Assembly: GCA_009103225.1 (NCBI GenBank)
Contig: RHPI01002112.1
Coordinates: 342,150-406,149 of the forward strand
Source: Chlorokybus atmophyticus
Taxonomy: Eukaryota > Plantae > Mesostigma and Chlorokybus algae
Reading direction: 5' to 3'
DNA: 64,000 bases
Below are positions 11,631-24,066 of the stretch, one piece after another. Within the stretch, counting starts at the first letter, position 1. Every line of letters begins with the position of its first letter. A program made the translations under genes and the position numbers. Under the pieces are notes generated by a model. That model did not search any database, was not told where the DNA came from, and worked only from the letters and a program-made list of their open reading frames with translations.

Positions 11631-13543
11631 TGTGATAGAGTGCATGCAGTGACCCGTTAAGCAAAAGGATTTTTCTTTTCGACACCCCTCATTTCCTATT
11701 TAATAGAAGCTTTAATAGTACGTGGCAGTACGGTATAAACGAAATGAGTTCTTTATTTCAGCGCGGTTTTATTGTCCATCTCAACATGAACATGACTTAA
11801 AACATAACATGCTAATAAAAAATAATTATTAAATGTGAACGCATTCTACAATATTGCTCGATTATACAGATGCACTGATGCTGTTCTTTCCATTGGGAAG
11901 CTACCCTGTACTTTAGGTAGAGGTCATAGAGTCATCACGACCTATCTACCAAGGTACTTGAATCGAGAGGTATTCATTTAGCCTCATTTGTCATGACTCG
12001 TGAGCTATGAGAACTGGCACCCCTACATGAGTCATGACAGCCAAGTTGGCTGAGCCAACTCATCCGTGCTTAGAAACCATCAAACTGGGCTCGCGGGAAC
12101 CCCGCAAACACGTAACCATTTTGGACGGTTGGAGGGTTGCAACCTCAGTTAAGAGTCCCGCGCTTTCCGGAGCACCTTTCTGCCAGCAGCGGCAACGTTG
12201 CTCGAGCACAGCTGATACCGTCACTTGAATTGGGTCAAGGAGTAGATATCCGTTCTGTGCGAAGGCTATAGCCGCTGCCGTCCATCTAATCGCGGCTGCG
12301 CATCACTTTAACAGCAGATACAGCGGCGGCGTATCGCGTACCGTGTCGCTGGCGTCATCACTGGCGTCGCCTGCGTCATCAGCTGTCGCGTGCGGCGTGT
12401 GCTTGTACGAAAGAGAATTACGGCCGGTCGGCGTAACCCGTTTGGCCGTGACCGCGGCCTAGTAGCCGGTCGGAGTTACGCGCGTAATCGCTGACGAGGG
12501 ACTGTAACACCCGCCGAAAAGCCGAGGCGCACCGGTCCGGAGCTGAAGTTCAAAGTTTTTGCATTGCAATGGTGCTGTCATTCGCCGCATAGACGTTAGC
12601 GGTGTTGCTGTTGGTGGCGGTGGTGGTGGCCGTGGAGGCTGCGTCGTGGCTGTTGCTAGCTGGCGGCGCTTGAGGTAAGTGTGCCGGTTGCTCTAGTGAT
12701 GGCGGGTGTTTGGGTTGGGCTTGACGAGAGTATGCTCGTAAGGCTCCGCTTCTGTGGCGGTTATGCCATTGTTTTGCCGCCTTTATTCCCCAGCTTGACT
12801 TGTCTCTGCACCGCAAGCAAGAGAGCTGTGAAGTCACATTTTCAGAAGCAGCTTGAGACGTGTGCTTGACTTGTTTGCTGTCAAGGGGCAAAGGATTAGG
12901 GTTTGTGTCAGTTGCTTAAAGCGAAAATAATCAATCCAACGGGCATTCAGCAGTGAACGCGCTGTTAGCAGTGAAAGCTCTATCAGTGGTAGTGCATCTA
13001 AGCTGCTGTCTGCATTGCTGTTGTGGAAGCAAGCGAGGATAGAGTGAAGCAATGAAGTGTTCCACCCGCAATTGGCTTTGTTATGCATGGCATGGCCGTC
13101 TCATGGGACTGCCAGCTGTGCTTGGCCGCCGCAAGACTTGGCGTAGTCGGTCAGTGCGGCGAGCCCGTGCGCAATACTTATACGCGTGGCTCAGTGGCTG
13201 CTTAGCTTGTTGGATGCCCTGCGCTGCTGACGCTTGTGAGCGTAGCTCCTTATGCATGGCTGCAATGATTGTGGTTTGTCGAGCATGTCATGCTTCTTAG
13301 GTGAGACGCGCACACTGAGTTGCAGCTTGTGTCTTTGTGTTACATTCGCGTTCAAAATGCAGCATGCAACAGCAGTGGTTGCAGCATTGCTGTACTTAAC
13401 CTGCTGCATGGCTGTGCTGCAGCTGAGACAGCTTCAAACGCTTTGTGAAGCAACGTCCTTCCAGCCAGCCGTAAAACCTTCCCTTGCAGCAGCGGCCTTC
13501 AGCAAACTTGGCTTAAGCTTGAAGTTAAACTATCTTACAGTGC

Positions 13544-15082
13544 ATGGACCAAAGACGTGCCGGGGTGAACTTACAGAGCCCCATGGCAAGGCAGCATATC
13601 TCACCCGAGGTACCCTATGCATGGCCGGTAGGTCAGCTCAAGTGTATACGTATGCTGCTGTAAGTTTATATTACGAGTTGTGAAGTGTCCTCAACTATAC
13701 GTGTTGGTTGCGCAGCAAGTAGCAGAGGTGCTGGTAGACATACAACAAGCGACGCGCGAGGTGGAACGCCACAGCATCGAGTTGATGAAACAGGTCCGCT
13801 GTCTATGTATTTTAACGCATGTGCAAGCGTGTTATTAGGCCATTAGGTCATGCAAATTCAGTGTGACCGGAAGATTGTAGCTGTGCGTCCAGAGGGACTA
13901 TGCCACATGTGCCTAAATGCTGTGTGTTGTGTGGTGCAGACGGTGGCCATCAACAGCAAGCTAGACAGAGTTATGCAGCTGCTTGCTGCGGGCTTGGCAA
14001 CGAACACCTACACCACAGACACCAGCTTGTTACAGCTACCTCCTATCCCCTTGGAACCTCCAAACCCACAGGCATGCCCCTGGACTGCAGTCACACTCAC
14101 CGCAACATGTTGTAGCATGTGAACCCATGTGTTGAACCCAATGTATACAGGGCCGACCAACATTGGACTCGCAACCGATGCAGCACGCGGTGTCGGGGGT
14201 TGTGGGCGGCGTGCATCTGTCGAGCGCACTGAACTCTCCCACAAGCATGCTGAAGTCCCGCAAGGCTAAACCTCCATCCGCTCCCAAGCCCACCTCATCC
14301 GGCGGGCGAACACCCTCGGCTCTGCCCATGAACACAACGGTCCCGCAACTCGATCTTCAAAAGTCGTTACGTACAGTGCAGGTGAGATTGTGTATAAGCA
14401 GTTGGCGCAATGTGTGTTTGCTCCCCATGTTGAAGTGACCCTTGTTGTGACCGTGTATGAGTAGGAAGTTTGGGACGAGTGGACTAAAGGCGACCCCGCC
14501 CATGGCGTGCTGTCCATAGAGGAGCGGGAGGCAACGTGGCCGGGTGGCGGCTGGCGGCGTCGAAACCTTGTGAAGCAGGCGTTTCATAGACGAAAGATTA
14601 TTGTGGACGCTATCAAGCAACGCATTCATGAAAACGGCAACGATGTGCAGGTATGCTCCAGTCTTGTTGCACTCGTTGCACACGAACCTGTGAGCGCTAT
14701 CTGTGGTTGTCACCCTGTTCGCGCATGTGCGTGTGCGTCCTTGAGTGTTAGTGTATGTGTTTCTGTGCGCACTTGTGCGCGTATGCGTGTGCATGCGCAA
14801 CCGCAAGTGCATGCGTGTGCCTGCATGCTTGATGCGGACAGCTGCATGCGCGCATGTATCAGTGTGGTTATGAAATTACTTCTCACTGTGCAGGAGGCAA
14901 TCAACTATTTTGAGCAGTTACGAGAGCAGAGCAAGCCCAGCAGTGTGGACGCGCTGAGTAAGATCCTTCGAGAGCTGCGCAAACAAGCTGAGGGCGGGCC
15001 GAGGAAACGGCCTAAGACAACCGATGACCATGTTGGGGACGATGGTGATGGCGAAGGAGATCCCGACGATGTCATGTCATGA
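13544..15082 (+). CDS. GCR1_C-domain putative transcription factor, paralog a
   Basis: Exons give a coiled-coil region (QVAEVLVDIQQATREVERHSIELMKQ|TVAINSKLDRV) and LRTVQ|EVWDEWTKGDPAHGVLSIEEREATWPGGGWRRRNLVKQAFHRRKIIVDAIKQR, the GCR1_C pattern. NLS-like GPRKRPK. Stop at 15080-15082. Start inferred by comparison with paralog b. Confidence 0.75.
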
Positions 15083-15689
15083 CGCACACTTCAACAGCAC
15101 TGTACAGGGCCCGCCTGATTGGTTCCCCAAGTTCTCCTGACACATAGTAAATAAGATGCTTGCGTGTATGTAGGCTAGTGCATCCCCGTCTCGCTGTCCA
15201 TGTTAGAATGGCGGCGAGCAGCGCAGCTTCCCACCCTGCTTGCAATAAGACATATGGCAGCTATGTATTCTGTAATTTATGTTGTACACAATAGCACTGC
15301 GGTTTAGGTAGTCAACTCAAGGCCGCCTCTTGATGCAATTGGGTTGGCTTTGTTCCTGATGCTGTGCACGGAATTGGACGACAAAAAAAAATAGGCCTCT
15401 GCATGTTTGGAGTACTGGTAGTCGTGCCTTTGTGCTCAAATACATGCGCGCAACCAAAGATGCACGGGTAGCATGCACATGCATGGACGTGTATGGAGGT
15501 AGCAGGAGCTTTTGGTTATCCGCGTTGTGTTCCTGGTGTGAACATTGTTGTTCGGTGTGCAGCCTGCAGACCAACTGCCTTGGCAGTTTCCAAAAGTTGG
15601 CGTTAGAATTGTGGCAGAACTTGCATGGGCGTGTCTCAGTATCAGCGGTAGCGGCGGCGGCGGCGGCGGTGACGACCTGTCTAGCCGAC

Positions 15690-16889
15690 ATGGCGTCGTT
15701 GCTATCTACGGTGTCGTTGTCCCCGTTGTCTCTGCCGTTGTGCGCAGCGCCAGCGTCATGTTCGCGGCGACCAGCTTCGCACGCAACACGGCGACGGCAG
15801 CAGGCGGCACTCCAACCTTCAGGCCTTGGCGTTAGGTCGGGACCCCTCAGCACAAGCAATGCGCTGGATAGAGCAGGCCGCCGGCTTATCGTTGTTGGCG
15901 CCCTGGGCAGAGAGGAGGGAGCGGCTCAGTCAGAGGTGAGAAGCAGTTGTATCACTGACACTTTGACATTGAGACTACTGTGCACGGTCACAGTAGTCAC
16001 CGGTTCAGTTTCAATGCTCGTTACTCACAACAGCAGCATCAAAACAAACTCAGTTTTGAACCTACAGTCACAGGACTAGTGCGCAGCTGTTCATGCATGC
16101 GCATACACATGCGTCTGCACATGTATATGTGCATGCGCGCATTCGTGTAAGTATATATAGTGCTGCTGTCGGCAGATTGTTGTCCATAACCTCTAGATAG
16201 CAGCAGAAGGGCGTGGCCGTTTGCTATGTATGCAACGTTGCAGATACACTAGTATTGCTGGCTACACTACCTTGTGTCCAACTGTTAAACGGTAAATGAT
16301 GATCAACCGCTGTGTCCCGGGGATACTGGAATGATGTGCGGTGCTCAGGGACAGGGTGCGTCGGAAATGGAAGAGTATCTGAACAGAATGGATATTGAGT
16401 ACGAAAGCGTATGGAACACAAAACCCCCGTGGTGAGTGCATGGCATTGTGCGTCGGTTTGGTCAAGGGTAGCGCTTCCCCCACTTGCGCGCACGCGCACG
16501 CGCACATGAACATGCACTCATTTTGATCGTACGCTTGCAGGTGCCAGCCCTGGACAATCACCCTGACAGGCAGCACAGCAGTGGTTGGGTCATACGGGCT
16601 GGTTCATTCATTTGTGTTGACGGGACTCATCACAGTGGCTGTGTCTCTGTGGTGGTATGTCTTCCTATATGCATACCCAAAGGTGAACAACTGCTCCGAT
16701 GCTACAAGCATGCATGTGTGTCTCCTCTGTTTTAAGCAATATATAGCACTGAATCGTTCCAATATACACACAATGACTCTGTGCACTTTCCCCATAAGCT
16801 GGGCTTGTTGCTCAAACATCCCGCCTCCCAACCCCTCGCAGGCCTTTGCAGAAATGTTGGAGGTGCGCCGAGCACAGCGGCAACAATAA
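15690..16889 (+). CDS. Chloroplast-targeted DUF6737 membrane protein (cyanobacterial origin; At5g52960-like)
   Basis: S/R/A-rich transit peptide (MASLLSTVSLSPLSLPLC...), then EMEEYLNRMDIEYESVWNTKPPW|CQPWTITLTG...VSLWWYVFLYAYPK|AFAEMLEVRR, matching the recalled KPxWCQPW family signature. Confidence 0.85.
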
Positions 16890-16957
16890 TTGCTAGTTAT
16901 TGTAGACAGAGACAATTGAATGTAAGTCTGCAGAATTGTCTGCATTGCTGTCTTAGT

Positions 16958-19900
16958 TTACAATTTAATCCTGGTGCGGTCCACATCCACCCCGCGCACC
17001 TGTTATGCAAATTGTTCACTATTGCGAACAGCGTGTTTACAAGCAAATCAATCCAACTGCAGCAAGTATGGTACTTGCACTGGCAGCATTACCTCATAAC
17101 CCTTCCCTTGGACGTACATGTGGTCATACAGGCCCTGCTCCTCAGGATCCTTGCTTGCCTGGCGAATAGCACGCGCCCACATGTCATTGGTTGTCCAAAC
17201 TCGCAAAACAAAAGAATGGACAGAGAGAACATTGTCACCACGTAGCATGATGCACATCACAAAACTTGTCAATGACAACTGCTTTTCTAAGTGTTGGTAC
17301 AATATGCTATATAGCATAGCGCATATCACAAGCGTGCTCACCTTTGCAGTATCAATGGCCTTATCAATCTCAACCCGCACCTCCTTCTCAATTGCCTGCA
17401 GCATGGCAGCAACGTTGGCATCCAACTGCAGGCAACCGAGTACAAGGGGCCATTGGGCTTTCAACAGACTGCCTACCTTCAGCTCATCAACGGATGCCCA
17501 GTCATGCTCCAGCAATAACTTCCTTACAAACTCGATGGGATCACGCTTCTGCGCAACAACGTAGTTGTTACAACATCAGGTTTCAACCGACACCCGTGCA
17601 CAGAGAAACAACCAGCACATGCTTGCAAAACTTACTGCTCTTATCGCCTGAATCTCCTCACGCCTACGATACGTGACACCGGGATCGGACATGGAGTGGC
17701 CGTGGTACCTGTAAGTGTCCATCTCCAGTATCTGTAGGATTGCCGATGGCATCACGTGTTACCACCTCACTCAGCCCGAATGGCGTGCTTGTGAAACAAC
17801 AGGCAACTTACAATGGGCCCAGCGCCTGATAGGCAATGCTCCTTCGCAAACCTGATGCCTTCCTTCACGGCCATCGCGTTCATGCCGTCAACCTGTTGCG
17901 CCACATGACCACATCAGAGGGAGCCAACGCTTGCATGCCGTAGGTGGCACAACACGGACACATCGTTGCAGGAAGCCCTGTACCAGCAACCCGGGAGTGT
18001 AATGCCCGCGCTTGTAGTAGACAGGGTCAGCGGCAGAGCGCTTTGTTGGTGTGCCCATGCCTGTACCGAATACATTCAACTGTGTCATGCAGACTAGCTG
18101 CGCAGCGGACCACAATGACAACAGTATGCGACCAAGAGACGTACCGTACTGGTTGTTCTCGCATACATAAATGAGTGGAAGCTTCCACAAAGCCGCCATG
18201 TTCAATGCCTCAAACAGCTGCACACCGTCGTTGCCCACAATCAGCATGCTATTCGTGCAACATACTACAGCAAGCCGCGCCTTCCATTTTGGAACCAACA
18301 GCAAAAAACTGTTATGAGATGTAGTTACGCCCAAACGCTGCCTATCTGCGACCCAATAGATGTCCACAACAACAGACCTGCCCTTGGTTTGCAGCTCCGT
18401 CGCCATACATAGCGATGCAGACGTTCTGTAAGAAAGTAATAATTGTGTCATCAGCAAGCGCCTTCAAGCCTACAGGTGAGAGAGCACAGCATGGCACATT
18501 GCTACGCAAAATGCAGGGAAGTGGTCCGGCCACTTACAGGTTTCTGTTGGTACTTCAGACCAAACGCTATGCCGGCTCCAACAGCTTGCTGTACACAATG
18601 GGGTGAATTCAACTCACGGACCACATTGATATGAGACAAACAAACTCTATCACTCAACCACTCAACCAACCAAGCAAAACACTTGCAAGTGATACAATTG
18701 CACGCTTCTCATCCTGTTCTGACCTGTGCACCAACAATGCCGTTGCCGCCATAGAAGTTGTTCTTGCGCTTGTACATATGCATTGAACCGCCTTTGCCCA
18801 GAGAGCAACCATCAACCTTCCCCATCAACTCTGCCATGACCTACACGCAGGCACATGTTAAACCAACATGTACAGCGGCAATTGAAAGAAAACAGTTGCT
18901 GACTCCAAGTGTACCTCCAGAACTGTACCCCCTCGCCCAAGATGCGTGCAATGGTCGCGGTACGCTGTGATGATGGCGTCATCGAAATTCAGGGAGGCCT
19001 CCATACCAACAGCAATCTATGCAACACGCCAGCCATTACATGAGTGTTGCACCAGAAGTAGGGCAGAAAGTGCAGCAAGTTTACCCACATATTACGCACC
19101 GCTTCCTGCCCATCATAGAGGTGGCAAAAGCCGCGAATAAACTTTGATTTGTACAGCACGTCGGCTTGAATCTCCATCCGTCGCATGCGAGACATCTCAG
19201 TGAAGAATTTGAGGAGCTCATCTGCAACAATGCAGCGTGTGAAGTATGTGCGACAAGCACGCCATCGTTGCGTGGCGCATGTGCACACGAGTTCAACTAG
19301 CAGAACTGCAACTACAGCGATATTTGTAGCACAGTTCAAGTGTTGCTGTTATGTTGAATCAATATGCAACAACTCGCTGAGGGTATGCTCAGTTGGTTTG
19401 CTGCCTTGCATGCACAGCTGTCGTCGAGTTGCACGACTAGGGAGATTGGCAGTCACCAATAGTTACATGCTGCCTAGTCTGGGAGCTTACCCTTGGTGGT
19501 CTCCACAGTAGAAGAAGGCGGGTCGATGAGATAGCCTTGAAACGGGATGCCTACGTCAACTTTGATCGTCTCATTGGCAGCAGCTGCAGTAAATCCTCGC
19601 TGCATGCGTGGGCATGCAACAAGGTGTCAGCACAGCAAAAACACCACATGCAAGCGCAAGCTAGTCCAACACCAACCGCATGTTACAACGATAGTGCTGC
19701 ATGCAATTACTTGAGTCTGGACCTGGTCGCTGAATCTCGCACAAAAACAACAACATTTTAGAATATAGGCACTAAGTCTGCTTGCGACGCAGGGGCCATA
19801 GTGCTTGCAGGAGATTACCATGCGTGTTGAGATGTGATGCAAGCTGCAATTGAGCAGTAAAGCTGTACTGCATGCTGCTGCGAGTATTACTCGAACACGC

Positions 19901-20448
19901 CAGAACAGCGCACGCATTGCAGGCTACAATCTCCTTGCAGTGGTCGCAAAATTCGATGGTCAACTACTACTTTAAACGCAACATGTGCCACAGCAACCTT
20001 TACAGTGCTGCCGCCGCCAATGCCAGTGAAAGAGCAAGTCACCTAATGAAACTGTACTGAAACACATGCTCGTTACAGGTTCAGCAGCTAGCGCTTGGGC
20101 TTACTGCTGGAGCGCACTCGCGCTCAACCACCACCACTACGTAACGTCCTCACTAACTCACAAGCTGAGTCACAACCCAAGCTGAAGCCAGCATGCAACC
20201 ATCGTGATACACATCGCATTGCATCAAACGATGTTAAAGGTGACAATCCCAAGCTATTGACTCCACAGCTCGCCAACATCAGCCTTATGACAGTGCCAAC
20301 CTTGACAGCAACAACAACCCACACAGCACCCAGCTGTTCTTACAGCGCTACCGCCGACGGCAGCGGATCTGGCCTGCAACGCCGTAGAGGTGGAAGCAGA
20401 TACAGAACGGCGCAGCAGGCCGGCCAACGCCGTCGCCCGCCCCGCCAT
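16958..20448 (-). CDS. PDHA: Mitochondrial pyruvate dehydrogenase E1 alpha, canonical copy
   Basis: Mitochondrial presequence [15 protein letters not shown]. Motifs [65 protein letters not shown] and [11 protein letters not shown] are present. TAA at 16958-16960. Confidence 0.95.
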
Positions 20449-20494
20449 TGCTGCCGCTAACCACAGCAACCACAACGCCAGCGACATGCACAGC

Positions 20495-20625
20495 AAACCC
20501 TAAATTTGTCTCCGCACAATCCTTGTGCGCCAGCCCGCACAAGCTTTGTGCGCTTAACTGCACAAGCTGCACTACATTTGTTCGCGGGATATCGCGCTGA
20601 GCGATATCGCGACAACGTATCGCGT
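20495..20625. promoter_or_regulatory. Divergent PDHA/GCR1_C-b promoter with telo-box and GATATCGC cluster
   Basis: AAACCCTAA at 20495-20503; GATATCGC at 20588-20595; palindrome GCGATATCGC at 20601-20610; GTATCGCG at 20617-20624. Confidence 0.5.
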
Positions 20626-21615
20626 GCGATTGGTCCCAAGGCGTATCCGGTATTTCCCGGTTAGAAGGCGTCCAACTCAGAGACTGCCTTGATTGCCCGC
20701 TAACCGCTCACGTGAACTGATTGAGTGAAGACGGACTGAGTCAACCCGACACACAGTGAATCGATGTGACACAATGCCGAGCCGACTTTGGTGATTCACT
20801 TGCAACATTCACTTGCAGTGAAGTTAACTGAGGTAGTGAAAAGTGGGAAGAAAGTTGGTGCATTGTCGCTGAAGCGGCGGCGGCGGCGGCCGGGGTGGCG
20901 GCCGCGTTGGCGGCATCCACGTTGTCACAGCTGGCATTAAACAGGACGAAGCTTGGAGTACAGCGTGGTTTGCACTCACTGGCAGATCTTTCCCTACTGG
21001 CCGTCATCAGCTGGGTGGCCTTCGCCCTTGGCCTCCTTCACAGTCTTCCAGGTGAGCGATGTGGGAGAACTTAGAGAACAACTGAATTTGATCATTTGCA
21101 TGTGATACAGCAACTCTTGAAACTTTCAGGATGAGGTCTACATGCTGGCCTGCTTGTTGAGGCGGTTGGTGAGTGCTACCACTTGAATTTCTTGGCCACT
21201 GCTGCTGAAGAGTGCTAATCGACACAATGCAGTATAAACAGACGCGACATCTCCATGCAACTTGACACAGTTGCATAAGCAAGGCTACATGTTTGTGACT
21301 AAACAGAGCCACAATGCCACACACACGCGCACGCGCACATGTCAGAGAAGAACCGGACGTGCATTGCCGTTCGCATGCATTCAGACTCACGAACTCAGCC
21401 GAGTTCAGCTGTATTGTTGTTCCAGAGCTGTTGCATGCAAAACACTGGACACTTTAACATTTGCACTTTTGCAATCGCCTAAGACTGTGTCTGATATGTG
21501 TGCGTGCGGGGAAATGTCACAACAAGTCATACATGCACAGTTTGTGGCATTGCTGTCTGATTGTTGGTTGATCCCCAGGCTGGATCCCGGTGCGTCGTTC
21601 GCGTCGTCGCTCCAC

Positions 21616-23491
21616 ATGGATCGCGGGGTGGGGCCGGCGTCCCCGATGCCGATGCCGGTCCCGCTCGGGGGGCACCAGCACCAGCACCACTCCCACCACT
21701 CCCCGCCGCCCTACATGCAGATGCCGCAGATGCAGCAAAACATGAACAGGCCGCCGCAAGTGCCCGCGGAGGTGAGAGAGAGTGTGCGTGCGTGCGTACG
21801 TGCGTGCGCATGTGTTTATTTGCATACATGCGTGTTTATTTGCATACGTGCGTGTGTGGGCGCGCACGCTTTCGCATGCGTGCGTGGTTGCACGTGCCTG
21901 TGCGCGCGTGTGCTTCTCGGCGCATGTGTGTGCTCGCGTCTGTACGTGTCACTGTTTATTGCTTGGTCCATGCGTTGGTTGCTTCGTTTGTCATTGTGAA
22001 CTTGCAGTGTTCATGGAGCGTTGCGTGCAGGTGGTTGATGTGTTGAAGGAGTTGCAGAGGCAAACTGCGGAGGTGGAGCGGCAGGGCATGCTTCTTATGA
22101 GACAGACGGTGGCGATCAACACGAAGCTGGACAGGGTGCTGGAGATCCTCAACAACATGCAGGCGACGTACCAAATGACCATCACGCAACAACAACAACA
22201 CCAACATTCCCAACAACAACAACCCCAACAACAGCAGCAGCAACAACAACAACAGTTTCATCCCCTGGACGCCCTCCCCGTCAACAACCCCAGCACGGCT
22301 ACCACCACCAACAATAACAACAACAGCATCAACAACAATAACACCAGCAGCAGCTCCTCAATGTATGCACGCGGCAACTCCTCTTGCCTCGTGCCCATCC
22401 TCCCGCGACCCGGCACAGCGCACGCCCTCAGCCCGCTCCCAACAGCACTCCTACAACCACAACAACACTCCGACCACCTCCACCATCATCAACAACAACA
22501 ACAACAACAGCACTTAGGAATAGCAGGGATAGCAGACCTCCAACACCCAGACAAGACCCAACATCAAGTAGCACAACAAGCGCAACAACTACTCCACACC
22601 CAACAAACCCAACATCACAAGCGTGATCAGCCTAAGGTTGCCACAGCCCGCAAGCTCCACGCCTACCCCGCCACCGACATCCCTCAGCTCGACATGATCA
22701 AGTCCTTATCGACCGTGCAAGGCGTGTGGGACGAGTGGATGAAGGGGGACCCTGAGAGTGGTGTGTTACCGATAGAAGAGAGAGAGAGGTTGTGGCCCGG
22801 GGCGGGGTGGAGAAAAAGGAACCCCGTGAAGCAAGCGTTCCATAGGAGGAAGTTGATCGTGGATGCGATCAAGCAACGAGCGAGGGCGGGAGGAGGGGAT
22901 TACGAGGAAGCGGTCGCGTACTTTGAACAGCTGAGGATGGCATCGGTGCCGAGCAGCGTAGATCACCTCTCTAAGGTGGGGTTGTTGGCTATATTATTTA
23001 TGTTGATACATATACAGTCCCGCTCGTCATATGTGTTATGTAAACACGTATGCACAAGTCTTGTGAAATGACACAGATGCACGCACACACGCGTGCGCGC
23101 GTGTGTAGTCGCACAGATTTATGCATAACCTTCATTGAAATTCTCATGAGACCTTGAGAGTACTTCTCATTTTGCTAGCACATTCTGCTTGTAACCTGAT
23201 AGGAGAGGCCCTTGCGTCACGCAGGTGTTGAGGAAACTCCGCACCGAGGCCGAGGGCGGTCCCCGCAAGAAGCGCAAGTCGCCTTCTTCCTCCGGTCTCC
23301 CCGGCGGCGAGGAGGACGTCCCGTCGATCGCGGCTGGCAGTCTCGCGCACATGGACGGCAGCGGTGGAGTGGCTCGCGCTCATCACATGCACCAACACCA
23401 TCACCACCATCATGATCCTGGGCATGCGGATAGCAATGAGAATGAGGAGGATGAGGAGGATGAAGATAACGACCTGGGCCTGGACGCGTGA
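21616..23491 (+). CDS. GCR1_C-domain putative transcription factor, paralog b (poly-Q/N linker)
   Basis: MDRGVGPASPM..., VVDVLKELQRQTAEVERQGMLLMRQTVAINTKLDRV, Q/N/H tracts, LSTVQGVWDEWMKGDPESGVLPIEERERLWPGAGWRKRNPVKQAFHRRKLIVDAIKQR, then the last exon VLRKLRTEAEGGPRKKRK. Stop at 23489-23491. Confidence 0.8.
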
Positions 23492-24066
23492 TCTGCTGTT
23501 GTTGGACGGGAAAACTGTACCAGCGCACGCACGCGCATGCATGCGCAGTCGTGCACGCACGCAAAGATACACACAGCATGAAGCAGCGTACATGCCCCTG
23601 CCCCTTACAAGTATACATATATATTTACCACCCTATATAGCGCATGCTGCTTGATGGCAAGCAGCAGAGGGGCTCCCAGTCGCTTCAGACGTTGCCTCTC
23701 TCGGGCATCTGCCTGTGGTCTCTCTCATGGATAAATGCGCTCTCTGTGCGACAGCAACAACATGCTGGCATGCTGGCAATGATGTTGTATCATCACCATG
23801 TACCTAAACTACATCATAATGTGATCTTGGGGCGTCCAACAAGTGCAGGCTTTAACTTGTGCAGCCATTGTGCACACGCGTCTTGCCTGTGTACTGTCAA
23901 GGCACAGCCGAGGCACAGCGCCTGAGAAAGTACACTGCGTCCGCCAAGCATGACATGTAGGTTGATTCACCCCGGGTGCATTCCTGTACAGCCAACATAC
24001 ACACTAACCGCAGGAGGGATCGACGAGCCATTGATCCCACCCACAGCTCCCTCGCAACCTCTCCCC

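Noticed and set aside
12896-12904. Interstitial telomere repeats (also 20495 and 57603)
   Set aside because: Single units only, better read as telo-box promoter motifs.
13544-23491. Autonomous Crypton transposon
   Set aside because: No tyrosine-recombinase motifs in either gene or nearby, and the genes look like ordinary spliced host genes.
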